NCBI RefSeq assembly: GCF_030013205.1
Contig: NZ_CP122648.1
DNA: 64,000 bases
Reading direction: 5' to 3' (one strand)
DNA from: Escherichia coli
GTDB lineage: Bacteria > Pseudomonadota > Gammaproteobacteria > Enterobacterales > Enterobacteriaceae
The translations under genes and the position numbers were made by a program. The number at the start of each line of letters is the position of its first letter. Positions within the stretch are counted from its first letter, which is position 1. Positions 54,767-63,253 of this stretch are shown piece after piece. Under the pieces are notes generated by a model, which was not told the origin of the DNA, did not search any database, and saw only the letters and a program-made list of their open reading frames with translations.

Positions 54767-54966
54767 ATGGACAATGCCGCGCAATTATCTTGTCGCTCAC
54801 AATGCGAACGATCTTACAAAAAGGCACATTACTGTCAAGATAATTGATCGTTTTAATCGATAGATAATAGACAATCTATTTGTTTAACAGATCGATTATT
54901 GAAGTAAGTGTGCCAAGTGGAATGATACTGTCTCTATAAACGTGAGCATTTTTCGCGCAGATGCTT

Positions 54967-55278
54967 TTACTCAGGAAATAACGCCCGGATATTCCCAGCC
55001 ATCTGGCTGGTTATCTTAGCCACTGGTGCAGACTGTGCTTCAAACTTTTTTGAGCTGATTTGTGTCACAGGTAACATCTCATCATCAGCCCATGCGGCCA
55101 GTCGGTAAGCCTCTGCCGGATTCGTCTTCAGAAGTGCCAGCCCGGCCAGAAAAGCCACGCGTTGGCCGCTTTTGCGGGCTTCTGGTGTAAGGCTGTCCAG
55201 CCAGGCGCATGCTTCTCCTTCGTTCTTGACGGCAGCTGGCTTCAGATAGAAACTTATCCGTCTGGTTGGTGTTGTCAT
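54967..55278 (-). CDS. ParR-like DNA-binding adaptor, about 104 aa from MTTPTRRISFYLK
   Basis: resembles remembered plasmid R1 ParR N-terminus (RRTIAFKL...LDSIPQGERSRLNRAALTAGLALY vs RRISFYLK...LDSLTPEARKSGQRVAFLAGLALL); AAGGAG inside parM 3' end. Confidence 0.6.
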   Translation of the reverse strand: MTTPTRRISFYLKPAAVKNEGEACAWLDSLTPEARKSGQRVAFLAGLALLKTNPAEAYRLAAWADDEMLPVTQISSKKFEAQSAPVAKITSQMAGNIRALFPE

Positions 55279-55282
55279 TGGT

Positions 55283-56242
55283 TTACTCCTTGTCCATTGC
55301 GTACAGCCCATTAACCAGAGCAAACTGTGGCACCCCGTCCGCGATGAAAGTCGCATTAACTCCGCAGGCTTCGCGGATAGCGGGTGCCACAATCTCCGCC
55401 CCGCCACCGACAACCATCACCCGCCCGTAACCCGAAAAACCCGCCAGCGCGCGGATCACGCGTTGTTTCAGTGTTTCTTCCTTTTCACGAATAACCGCCA
55501 TCAGGCTGGCGTAATGCGCGTCATTGTGGATGTGCTGGCGCAGCCAGGCTTCATCATGGCGATGTTCGATAATGGTATTGGCGATGTGGTGACTGGTACG
55601 CATACCGTTAGTGGCCATCACCGACAGTACGGCATCGGCCATCAGGGAAACGCCTACGTGTGGATCGCAAAACACCTGGCTGATACCTGCCAGTTGTCCC
55701 TGAACCTTTGCCACATCCAGCGTGGTTCCGCCTAAATCCACAATCAGCAGGGATTCAAACGGACTCATGTCAGCCAGTGCTTTAAAGCCAGCCGGAATGG
55801 ATTCAGGCATAACCCGTACGTTACGGATAGTGAATGCTTCGCCGTTCTGGTACTCCACCGGGCGCATGACGTTCGCTTTTTTGCGGTTGATGTTGGCCAT
55901 GTCCGGCTGTGCGTTTGTGTCGAAATATTCGCTCAGTGGCAGGGTGACAACCACATCCACTTCCTGTGGTGTGATGCCTGATTTGACCAGCGCGTGATGA
56001 ATGGCAATGACATTCACATCGCTGTACTGGTATTGCGTGTCGGTCGTCTGGACAAAGCGATCGCTGACCGGATCAAAACCATAGCGCACGCCATCAAGCA
56101 TGTAGTTCGCGGGCTGCGTGCCACCGAACGGCGCAGACCATTCCGACTTGAAGCTGTTCGGGCTGATGGCGTTGCGGCGTTCGCCGTTCTCAGTCCATGC
56201 CAGCTTGATGTTGGTGGAGCCGTCATCGATACAAATTTTCAT
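55283..56242 (-). CDS. ParM/StbA-like actin-family ATPase
   Basis: 319 aa; N-terminal MKICIDDGSTNIKLAW and LIVDLGGTTLD phosphate-binding motifs as in plasmid R1 ParM. Confidence 0.75.
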   Translation of the reverse strand: MKICIDDGSTNIKLAWTENGERRNAISPNSFKSEWSAPFGGTQPANYMLDGVRYGFDPVSDRFVQTTDTQYQYSDVNVIAIHHALVKSGITPQEVDVVVTLPLSEYFDTNAQPDMANINRKKANVMRPVEYQNGEAFTIRNVRVMPESIPAGFKALADMSPFESLLIVDLGGTTLDVAKVQGQLAGISQVFCDPHVGVSLMADAVLSVMATNGMRTSHHIANTIIEHRHDEAWLRQHIHNDAHYASLMAVIREKEETLKQRVIRALAGFSGYGRVMVVGGGAEIVAPAIREACGVNATFIADGVPQFALVNGLYAMDKE

Positions 56243-56272
56243 GTCGCTTTTCCTTATGTTGATTAATTAATC

Positions 56273-56383
56273 GCTTACGGGATTCTGAAATCCCGTTTTT
56301 GCCTGTTTTATGCGCGCTTCATATATCGCGGCGCGTTTTTTGCTCATTTACGGGATTTGTGAATCCCGTTTCTGTCTGTTTTT
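56273..56383. repeat. two about 37-bp direct repeats, each a hairpin followed by a T-run (ACGGGATTCTGAAATCCCGT TTTTGCCTGTTTT; ACGGGATTTGTGAATCCCGT TTCTGTCTGTTTTTT)
   Basis: seen in sequence upstream of parM-like gene, second copy inside 3' end of A. Confidence 0.5.
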
Positions 56384-59141
56384 TGTTTCCACTGGTCAGG
56401 CCTCCCCGCAGCAGGTCTGCTTTGCGGCGGGCGCGTTCAGTGGTTTCACTGATTCTCTGTGCGTGCTCTGCGTCGCGGATGGCGCGCAGCATGTCAGAAA
56501 GCACGGTAACGGGTGTTTTCATGGTGTTCTGGTCCTGCTGAAGTGTGGATGCCAGGCGTGCGGCGGCTTCGGGGTCTGATGCCCCCAGCTGTTCCAGATA
56601 GCTGGCGACCGGGTTATGGCGGATCTCCGTGCTGCTTACGCCGTGGTTACGGCTCAGGCGCTGCCAGAGCTGCGTGATCCGGCTGTCCGGTCGGGTATCC
56701 GGTTTGCGTACAATTTCAAATCCCTGCGGTGCAATGATGCTGCCGTCGACGTACAGACTGCCGCCCCGTAACAGGTGCTGCATCTGCTGTTCACCGATAT
56801 GCAGGCCGAGAGATTCAGCAGACTCCCGCCATTCTTTAGCGAGTAACTCGTGGTTATCAGGCAAAGGCCGTGGCTGTTTGCGGCTCTGTGTCCAGTTCTG
56901 CATTTCATCACTGCTGTTTTTTGCCTGTTTGTCACGCAGCGAACGCATCAGCGCCCGGCGTTCGTGCCGTTTCAGTGAGCGCATCCATTCATTCACGTCA
57001 ACGCCGTCAGGAAGCTGCGGCCACGGTGCTGGCCGTTCTTCCGGCTGTTCTGTCCCGTTGTTGTCCGTTTCCTGTACACGGGGACAGTTATTGCCACGAG
57101 TCCAAGGGGCGGCAGGGCCGCCCTGAAGGTCAAAACCATTTTCGCGGGCGCTGTCTTCCGCTTCCGGTTTACGTCTTACCAGCTTCCAGTTATCCGGATG
57201 TGTGCACACACGGGAAGACTCCCCGATGAGCGGTGACCAGATCCCGTAAATCTGTACGCTCTGTTCGCCGTAATCGTTCAGCTCATCTGCGAGGTCGTAG
57301 GCGGTGCGAATCAGGTAGTCTTTGCGTGGAACAAGTACGCCGCCCTGTTTTTCAATGTAGGAGGCAAAACACCCGGCATCAGCGGCAGCGAGCACTGCAT
57401 CCATTGCGTCATCCTTCAGTCGTTGCGGGCCTTCCGGGTTGCGTGCCATCTGGCTGGCAAGGCGGCGCAGTTCACGCCACACCTGACGGGAGGGGATGCC
57501 AAAGAACTGGAACTGGCGGACCCGGTGAAGGCGCGCCCAGCCGATGGCGCGCTCCACGCTCTCGGCCATTGATTTTCCGGTTTCGTGGTCAACGCGTGGC
57601 TTGCCCGTTTTCGGGTCGATACCATCCACGGCGCGGCTGTCCAGGTTCTTTCCGATGTAGGTGGCGATGTAGCTGGTTGGCGTGCCTTTTGAGCCGTCGA
57701 CGTACTCCGCCTTAAAACGCGGAGTTATGTCATCGCCCAGCTCGTGGCGGTCTTCCTGAATGGCAATATCGCAGACGTGGGACACGATGGTTTCAATCTC
57801 GTCCGGATGTGCAAAGACCATCATATGCCAGTGCACAGTGCCGTCATGGTGAGGCTCCACCGTGCGGATGCCATACCAGCGAAGACCGTCGCGGTTCAGT
57901 TTTTTGCGGACCGCCGCAAAAAACGTGTTAACCAGGTAATCGCTGGAGTCGCGCATGGTGGCCCCGTTCCATTTGGGATTCGGATGACCGTTCTCTGTTG
58001 TGGCGTGGTATTTTGACGGGCAGGTGACAGTCAGAAACACCGCTCTGTCGCCACGGGCTTCGGCCAGAAGTTCCAGTCCCTTCATGGTGGCCATCATTTC
58101 TGCCTTACGGTGAACCGGGTTACTTACTCCCGCGTAATACACCGTCTCGAGATCAATCGTGAACCCGTCTTCATTTTCCAGCATGAAACTTTTCAGGAAA
58201 TCGCGTGTTTTCTCGCGCTGTGCGCGAAACTCGCTTAACGCGTCCTGGCTCAGATAGGGTGATGTTTTTCTGGAAACCAGACAGGCGGCGCGGAGTTGTT
58301 CTTCTCTCCACTCGCAACGTAACAGCCACAGTTTGCGTTTCCACCATTCCGCACAGGTCAGGCGAAGGATTGCGCCCGGCAGCAGCTCCGTGTCCGGTTC
58401 GTTCCTCCGGTCTTTGTCTGTTGTCAGTGCGTCATAATGTGGAGGCATGGCGTGCAGGTGTAACGCCATGCGGGCCAGCATCTGATACGCCTTCAGCGTT
58501 ACATCCATGGTCAGTTCGCCATCAGTAGCGCCAAAGCCATCGCAGAGTTTTTCGAAGGTGCTGCTGAACATCGCCGCCGTCATGGTGGCCAGCGTCTGTA
58601 TCTGGTGTTTGTTGAGCTGCGGCAGGTAAAGCAAATCGTCCAGGCGTTCGCGTCCGGCAAGGGAGCGATAACCCGGTGTCAGCCAGCGGTGATCGGTGCG
58701 GTCCAGACGTTCGAATATTTTGCGCAGGGTTCCGCGCGCGTAGCGTTCCGCCTGCCAGCTCTTTTTGCCTTTCTGACGATCGGCTTCCTGCTTCTTGCGC
58801 AGGAAGGAGAGGTGGCGAATAAGCGGATCGCGCAGATAGGACGGCAGCAGGCGCAGCGAGGCCATGGCTTCATCCACCGCGCCGCGTGCCTGTTTTCTGG
58901 CGTCTCCTGCCAGTGTGATGGTTTTGTCCTGTTTTTCCTGTGCGTCCAGGCTTTTATTAATCAGGTTGCCCAGCGGCGTGGCGGAGAACGCCGCATCAGC
59001 CATTTCCTGGCGGCGCTCGTTCTCTACCCGGTAGGCATCCAGCCAGGAGGAAAGCGCGGATTCAGGAGCGGAGATCCCCGTTCCTTCACGCCCCACTGCG
59101 TGGCGCGGTTGTTGCCAGTCCCTGATGTACTCTGCCGTCAT
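56319..59141 (-). CDS. A: P2 gpA-like replication initiation endonuclease, extended (940 aa)
   Basis: rolling-circle Rep motifs and tyrosine region; about 180 aa longer than remembered P2 A. Confidence 0.85.
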   Translation of the reverse strand: MTAEYIRDWQQPRHAVGREGTGISAPESALSSWLDAYRVENERRQEMADAAFSATPLGNLINKSLDAQEKQDKTITLAGDARKQARGAVDEAMASLRLLPSYLRDPLIRHLSFLRKKQEADRQKGKKSWQAERYARGTLRKIFERLDRTDHRWLTPGYRSLAGRERLDDLLYLPQLNKHQIQTLATMTAAMFSSTFEKLCDGFGATDGELTMDVTLKAYQMLARMALHLHAMPPHYDALTTDKDRRNEPDTELLPGAILRLTCAEWWKRKLWLLRCEWREEQLRAACLVSRKTSPYLSQDALSEFRAQREKTRDFLKSFMLENEDGFTIDLETVYYAGVSNPVHRKAEMMATMKGLELLAEARGDRAVFLTVTCPSKYHATTENGHPNPKWNGATMRDSSDYLVNTFFAAVRKKLNRDGLRWYGIRTVEPHHDGTVHWHMMVFAHPDEIETIVSHVCDIAIQEDRHELGDDITPRFKAEYVDGSKGTPTSYIATYIGKNLDSRAVDGIDPKTGKPRVDHETGKSMAESVERAIGWARLHRVRQFQFFGIPSRQVWRELRRLASQMARNPEGPQRLKDDAMDAVLAAADAGCFASYIEKQGGVLVPRKDYLIRTAYDLADELNDYGEQSVQIYGIWSPLIGESSRVCTHPDNWKLVRRKPEAEDSARENGFDLQGGPAAPWTRGNNCPRVQETDNNGTEQPEERPAPWPQLPDGVDVNEWMRSLKRHERRALMRSLRDKQAKNSSDEMQNWTQSRKQPRPLPDNHELLAKEWRESAESLGLHIGEQQMQHLLRGGSLYVDGSIIAPQGFEIVRKPDTRPDSRITQLWQRLSRNHGVSSTEIRHNPVASYLEQLGASDPEAAARLASTLQQDQNTMKTPVTVLSDMLRAIRDAEHAQRISETTERARRKADLLRGGLTSGNKKQTETGFTNPVNEQKTRRDI

Positions 59142-59147
59142 AGTGAT

Positions 59148-59513
59148 TTACTTCGTCATGCCATTCAGGGTGTCGCGGCAGACTGTAGCCAGCCGCTGAA
59201 TTTCCAGCACGGTGTCTTCTGTGTCGGCATGGCGATGTGTGATGCGGATGCTGTCGGCAATCACATCGACGATTGCAGAGGATGGGCGCTGGTAAATGCC
59301 AATAACGGACGGGGTGCCACCTTCAATGCGGTAAAGCCTGTAATTTCCCTCGTGGCTGTCAATCATGTAGCGACCATCAATAACAATCTTTCCGTCAGCG
59401 AGCTGCGGTACAGGCAGGGATTTCAGGTACATGTCATAACGATCACGCACGCGAGCGGCAAGATCACGCTCTGTGTTGAGCAGGTATTCAAGAAAGTCGT
59501 TGGCGAGAATCAT
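59148..59513 (-). CDS. hypothetical early-operon protein, 121 aa
   Basis: ORF track; immediately upstream of A. Confidence 0.5.
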   Translation of the reverse strand: MILANDFLEYLLNTERDLAARVRDRYDMYLKSLPVPQLADGKIVIDGRYMIDSHEGNYRLYRIEGGTPSVIGIYQRPSSAIVDVIADSIRITHRHADTEDTVLEIQRLATVCRDTLNGMTK

Positions 59514-59585
59514 TGCGGCAATCCTCTTGTTACAGATGTGCGAAGGCCTCCCGCCGCAAGGTGCAGGAAAGGCCCGGAACAGGAA

Positions 59586-59816
59586 TTAATGGAGTTTGTT
59601 TTGCTGCTGGATGAGCTGTTGAAGCTCGTGCAGATCATCCGCCAGATAGCTGAAAACAGAGGCGGAATAAATGTTTGATAGTGCGTGGCTGCGCTCATGC
59701 AACATATTGATGTGCATGATTTGCGCGACGCGTGATGCGCGGGAAAGTCTGCGGTTGATTTCAGTCTGGATGTGACGACGCTCCGCGATAGCGCGGTGTG
59801 GTTTGCGGTTTGCCAT
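59586..59816 (-). CDS. hypothetical early-operon protein, 76 aa
   Basis: ORF track. Confidence 0.45.
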   Translation of the reverse strand: MANRKPHRAIAERRHIQTEINRRLSRASRVAQIMHINMLHERSHALSNIYSASVFSYLADDLHELQQLIQQQNKLH

Positions 59817-59945
59817 GGTGTGGCCCCTTGTGTAGTAAGTTGTGAAAACTCACCATCCAGAGCTGCGAAACTGTGGGTGGCGAGACGTACGAGGTTCGCA
59901 GTACCGGCTACACAAGAACCCGGCCCGACCGAAGTCGGCCCCGTA

Positions 59946-60075
59946 CGCCCCGCCATAATTCTGACGCGAAAAAAACGTGGCAATACAGTACGCACAAAAA
60001 AACCGCTGGCGCGGTTGTGCGCTTGTGTAGTCAGCAGGCTGCGAAACCCGGCACCCGTTTTGTGAGGTGCAGCGG
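59946..60075 (-). ncRNA. conserved three-block noncoding element, copy B (candidate sRNA/attenuator; minus-strand hairpin plus ACCGC-GCCA-GCGGT-T7 terminator)
   Basis: same three blocks as 5595-5718 in same order; track ORF 59510..60127 judged a spurious translation. Confidence 0.4.
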
Positions 60076-60138
60076 AAATGTAACCTGACTGATTGCGGCA
60101 TGGCAAGCGGTTTTTTTGTGTGTGCATGTTCTGGTTTC

Positions 60139-60438
60139 TTAGTGGTTCAGAAAAAAATCAAAAACCTTGTCAATGCGTTGCAGCAGCTCTTGCTGTATTG
60201 CTTTCGGCGTTTCCGGTTCGCCTGGCGCCTCCAACGTCGCGCAGAAATCCTCGATTTCATGACGGAGCGTCAGGCGAATGGCGAGAGGTGTGGTTCTGGC
60301 GTGCTCCAGCTCATCCAGCAGCGCCAGCACAGCAGACGGCGAGAGCATTGCGCGAAACGCCAGTAATTTTTGAGGCGTTGCCATTCGTTGCAGGTCAGTC
60401 GCCAGTTCGCGTAATTCCTGGTGGTTGATGGCGCTCAT
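60139..60438 (-). CDS. hypothetical early-operon protein, 99 aa
   Basis: ORF track. Confidence 0.45.
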   Translation of the reverse strand: MSAINHQELRELATDLQRMATPQKLLAFRAMLSPSAVLALLDELEHARTTPLAIRLTLRHEIEDFCATLEAPGEPETPKAIQQELLQRIDKVFDFFLNH

Positions 60439-60680
60439 GCTCTGGCTTCCTTCAGTAGCTGGTTAAACGTGTTGGTAAGTGGATTGCCGCACCCGAACGG
60501 CATCGGGTTTATCTGGTAAGAAAAGCGACCGCCTGTTTTGCGCTCTTTTCTTATGACTGAACCGCTGCGCCAGAGTCGGCGTAACTCCGCATTAATGGCT
60601 GTGGTTGGGGTATTCAGTGCTGCGGCGATTTCTCCACCGCTACACCCCGGATTGGCGGCGATATAGTCCAGAATGGTCAT
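60435..60680 (-). CDS. putative winged-helix DNA-binding protein, 81 aa
   Basis: ORF track; overlapping start/stop with neighbours. Confidence 0.45.
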   Translation of the reverse strand: MTILDYIAANPGCSGGEIAAALNTPTTAINAELRRLWRSGSVIRKERKTGGRFSYQINPMPFGCGNPLTNTFNQLLKEARA

Positions 60681-60880
60681 CTGCGTGACTCCTGTACCTG
60701 TCGGATAAGGTTCACCCGCACCACATTCGTGGCGCAGAAGTAAGTGCCGTCAGTGAGATAGATGTGATGTGCATCCTTTTCTGAACGGTGTTTGTCGATT
60801 GTGGTAATCAGGCGTTCGTCGACTTCGTATTCACGCCCTCTGGAGGTAAAACGAACGACAGGAAAATGCTTAATTGCCAT
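60677..60880 (-). CDS. hypothetical early-operon protein, 67 aa
   Basis: ORF track. Confidence 0.4.
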   Translation of the reverse strand: MAIKHFPVVRFTSRGREYEVDERLITTIDKHRSEKDAHHIYLTDGTYFCATNVVRVNLIRQVQESRR

Positions 60881-61076
60881 TACGCCTCCTTGGCGTGTGC
60901 GAATACCTCCGCGAATGCGGATTGTTTTTACATTTTCTTATTTAATCTGTGGTTTTATTTGCTCTGTTATTCGCCAGTGAAAAAGCGTTCAATCTTTTTT
61001 ATTGAATGAATAATTCGCATAATCCCAATAGCGCAGGCCACCGAAATAATCAGAACAAGCCATGAGATAAATATAC

Positions 61077-61319
61077 TCATGCGATATTCCCCAGCTCATA
61101 CGGTTCAATATGTTCCCCGCATTCTGCGGCACAGATCAGCTCGGAAAGTTCGTTAAGTGCATCCAGATCATCAGCGTAAAAAGCCACGTCATACAGACTT
61201 CGGATTGCTCTGGTCAATGAGTCACGGGCCGCACGTTCAGCATGAGCGCCTGATGCACTTAAGCGAAAATAAAAGCGCTCAAGTGCTTTGTTAATGAGAG
61301 TTTTATATTCTTTGCCCAT
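61077..61319 (-). CDS. hypothetical early-operon protein, 80 aa
   Basis: ORF track. Confidence 0.4.
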   Translation of the reverse strand: MGKEYKTLINKALERFYFRLSASGAHAERAARDSLTRAIRSLYDVAFYADDLDALNELSELICAAECGEHIEPYELGNIA

Positions 61320-61330
61320 CGCAACGCCCT

Positions 61331-61618
61331 TTAATCTGCTTTCTGAATTTCAGTTTCTGAATCCATACAGATAATTTCGATATAGGGTTTATCGCCATTA
61401 ACCTGACGAGCCTTTTCAGCTTCGCTAATGATTTCGCGTACGGTCTGGTACGGAAGTTCCACGATCAGTCGCGTGCCGTTCAGATAAACGTAAGTGGCTT
61501 CGGCGGCTCCGTTTTTCCCCGCCGGAGCCACTCCATCAATAGCGGATGCGCGTAATAACAGTTCACCGCGAAAATCAATAAAGCGGATAAATACACCTTG
61601 AGTATGGTCTTTAGTCAT
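61331..61618 (-). CDS. hypothetical early-operon protein, about 95 aa (start at MTKDHTQG)
   Basis: track ORF 61331..61717 trimmed to avoid overlap with upstream gene. Confidence 0.4.
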   Translation of the reverse strand: MTKDHTQGVFIRFIDFRGELLLRASAIDGVAPAGKNGAAEATYVYLNGTRLIVELPYQTVREIISEAEKARQVNGDKPYIEIICMDSETEIQKAD

Positions 61619-61628
61619 AAAGCACCTG

Positions 61629-61970
61629 TTATAAATCAGCCTGTTTAATAAAACTCTGTCCACGCAGCAGACGATCAACCGTGCGAAGCGCTTCGTATAA
61701 TGTGAAATCCTGCCCAAACTGATTGTCGCCGCTGCTCAGAGCAAAAATGCGGTTTCCGGTAAACGGATTGCGCGGGCATTTGTGGACCACGATTCCAGCT
61801 TTCTCAATCAGCCAGGCATGCTCGCCGATTTGTTTTACTGGGTAGCCATCCGGCGTTGCGTGTGTATCACTCAGGCTGTAGCGGATGTTGCTGCGTGATG
61901 CACTGGTAGCAAAACGGTTAGCGTGGCGTTCTGCACCATTGCGAAAGCGTGAATTACGTTGCTGTTTCAT
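61629..61970 (-). CDS. hypothetical early-operon protein, 113 aa
   Basis: ORF track. Confidence 0.4.
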   Translation of the reverse strand: MKQQRNSRFRNGAERHANRFATSASRSNIRYSLSDTHATPDGYPVKQIGEHAWLIEKAGIVVHKCPRNPFTGNRIFALSSGDNQFGQDFTLYEALRTVDRLLRGQSFIKQADL

Positions 61971-62222
61971 GTTAAAGACTCTGTACAGATTTAATTATTC
62001 CGGCATAGAGGCCGAACTCAAAATATTTGCGATTAAATCGCATCGCATTGTTTTCACGTTTTGCGGACTGCTGGTTCATTTTCGTTTGCCTCCGCACATG
62101 AGAATTGCGCCGCTTAAGAGGTAACCGAAGTTAATTGATAGTATTACAATTAACATAAGGTCCAATTTGTCCATGCCACACATAATTACCCTCATTGCAG
62201 TAGTTGTGGGTTGTCAGGTTTC

Positions 62223-62429
62223 TCACCCGATAAACCAGATAACAAACGCTATCAACATCGCCCCAATAGCTGCCGGGAAAAGTCCTTTGGTATAAGCGGC
62301 GATATATTCAATGCTGAGTTCAATAAAGCGTTCTTTATGTCCCGTTAACTTGCGAAACAAATAGATCTCTATTACGCCTATCTCAATAAAAACAAGGGTC
62401 AGAATGGCGCTGATGATATGGCTGGTCAT
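62223..62429 (-). CDS. small membrane protein, 68 aa
   Basis: ORF track; two hydrophobic segments; directly downstream of cox. Confidence 0.45.
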   Translation of the reverse strand: MTSHIISAILTLVFIEIGVIEIYLFRKLTGHKERFIELSIEYIAAYTKGLFPAAIGAMLIAFVIWFIG

Positions 62430-62435
62430 TTATGA

Positions 62436-62723
62436 CTAAAGTCCCAGCCACAACAACCATGCGTCGCGGCGTTCTTTCGGTTGCTCAAAAAACGCTTTGC
62501 GCATGCCTTCGTTAAATGCTGGCAGATATACCCAGTTTTCTGATGCACGCGTCTTTACTGAACCTGGTTTCACAAAGTCAATTGTTGGTAGCTTTGCTGC
62601 GTCAATCATGGTTCTGACTGTGGATTCCTTGCGGCCGATCATCTTGGCGAATAGTTGATATGGCACCGCTTCAAGTGGATATGGTGCTACCTGAATGAAC
62701 CCCCCAAGCTCTGATTCGCTCAT
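62436..62723 (-). CDS. cox: P2 Cox-like excisionase / early-operon repressor
   Basis: ...PYQLFAKMIGRKESTVRTMIDAAKLPTIDF...WVYLPAFNEG...RRDAWLLWLGL matches remembered P2 Cox. Confidence 0.85.
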   Translation of the reverse strand: MSESELGGFIQVAPYPLEAVPYQLFAKMIGRKESTVRTMIDAAKLPTIDFVKPGSVKTRASENWVYLPAFNEGMRKAFFEQPKERRDAWLLWLGL

Positions 62724-62836
62724 TGTGGTAATCTCCCTAATTCGTTCGAATGGCTCAAAATGGCTTATATCGGCTTATTTGAGTGTTTTTATGTTTGTGC
62801 CCGATGTGGCATGTTGTGATGGAGGATATGCCCGAT
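62724..62836. promoter_or_regulatory. divergent Pe/Pc-like switch region with three GGCT repeats at 10-bp spacing (62752-62780), candidate C-repressor operators
   Basis: seen in sequence between divergent cox and C. Confidence 0.5.
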
Positions 62837-63157
62837 ATGGCATCTTTGTCAAGCATGGGTGAAAAATTTCGCCTGATTCGTGAAGCAGAAGGTATGACCC
62901 GCCAGGAGTTTGCGGATTGTGTTGGGCTGCCTTATGGGACGGTAACTAACTATGAGGTGAGGGGGAAGCAAGTAACAGAGGGTGCCTTACTTAAGGTTAC
63001 GAAACACCCTAAATTTAAGAAGTATGCTTATTGGTTATCAACAGATGAAACGATGCCGGAGGTCGGGCAAATTTCTCCGGCTCTCTCTCTTGATGGTTCC
63101 TGCAATTCGGAGGGAGATCGCGTTTCAACCGAAACAATCCAAAAATTATCCCGCTGA
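62837..63157 (+). CDS. C: P2 C-like immunity repressor (start uncertain; track ORF begins 62783)
   Basis: HTH region ...MTRQEFADCVGLPYGTVTNYE...KYAYWL...GQISPAL matches remembered P2 C; GGAGG 11 nt upstream of ATG 62837. Confidence 0.8.
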   Translation: MASLSSMGEKFRLIREAEGMTRQEFADCVGLPYGTVTNYEVRGKQVTEGALLKVTKHPKFKKYAYWLSTDETMPEVGQISPALSLDGSCNSEGDRVSTETIQKLSR

Positions 63158-63253
63158 GGCCAGAAAACTGGTTAGACCTGCTTTTTGTCTGGTCTGATTA
63201 TTGCTGGAAAGAGGCTGGAGAAATTGTAGAGCGGTTCATTGGAGGGCTTCGTA

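Noticed and set aside
59510-60127. 205-aa ORF spanning the conserved noncoding block in the prophage
   Set aside because: Overlaps two better-supported small genes in other frames; Arg/Ser/Thr/Ala-rich low-complexity translation; no start context
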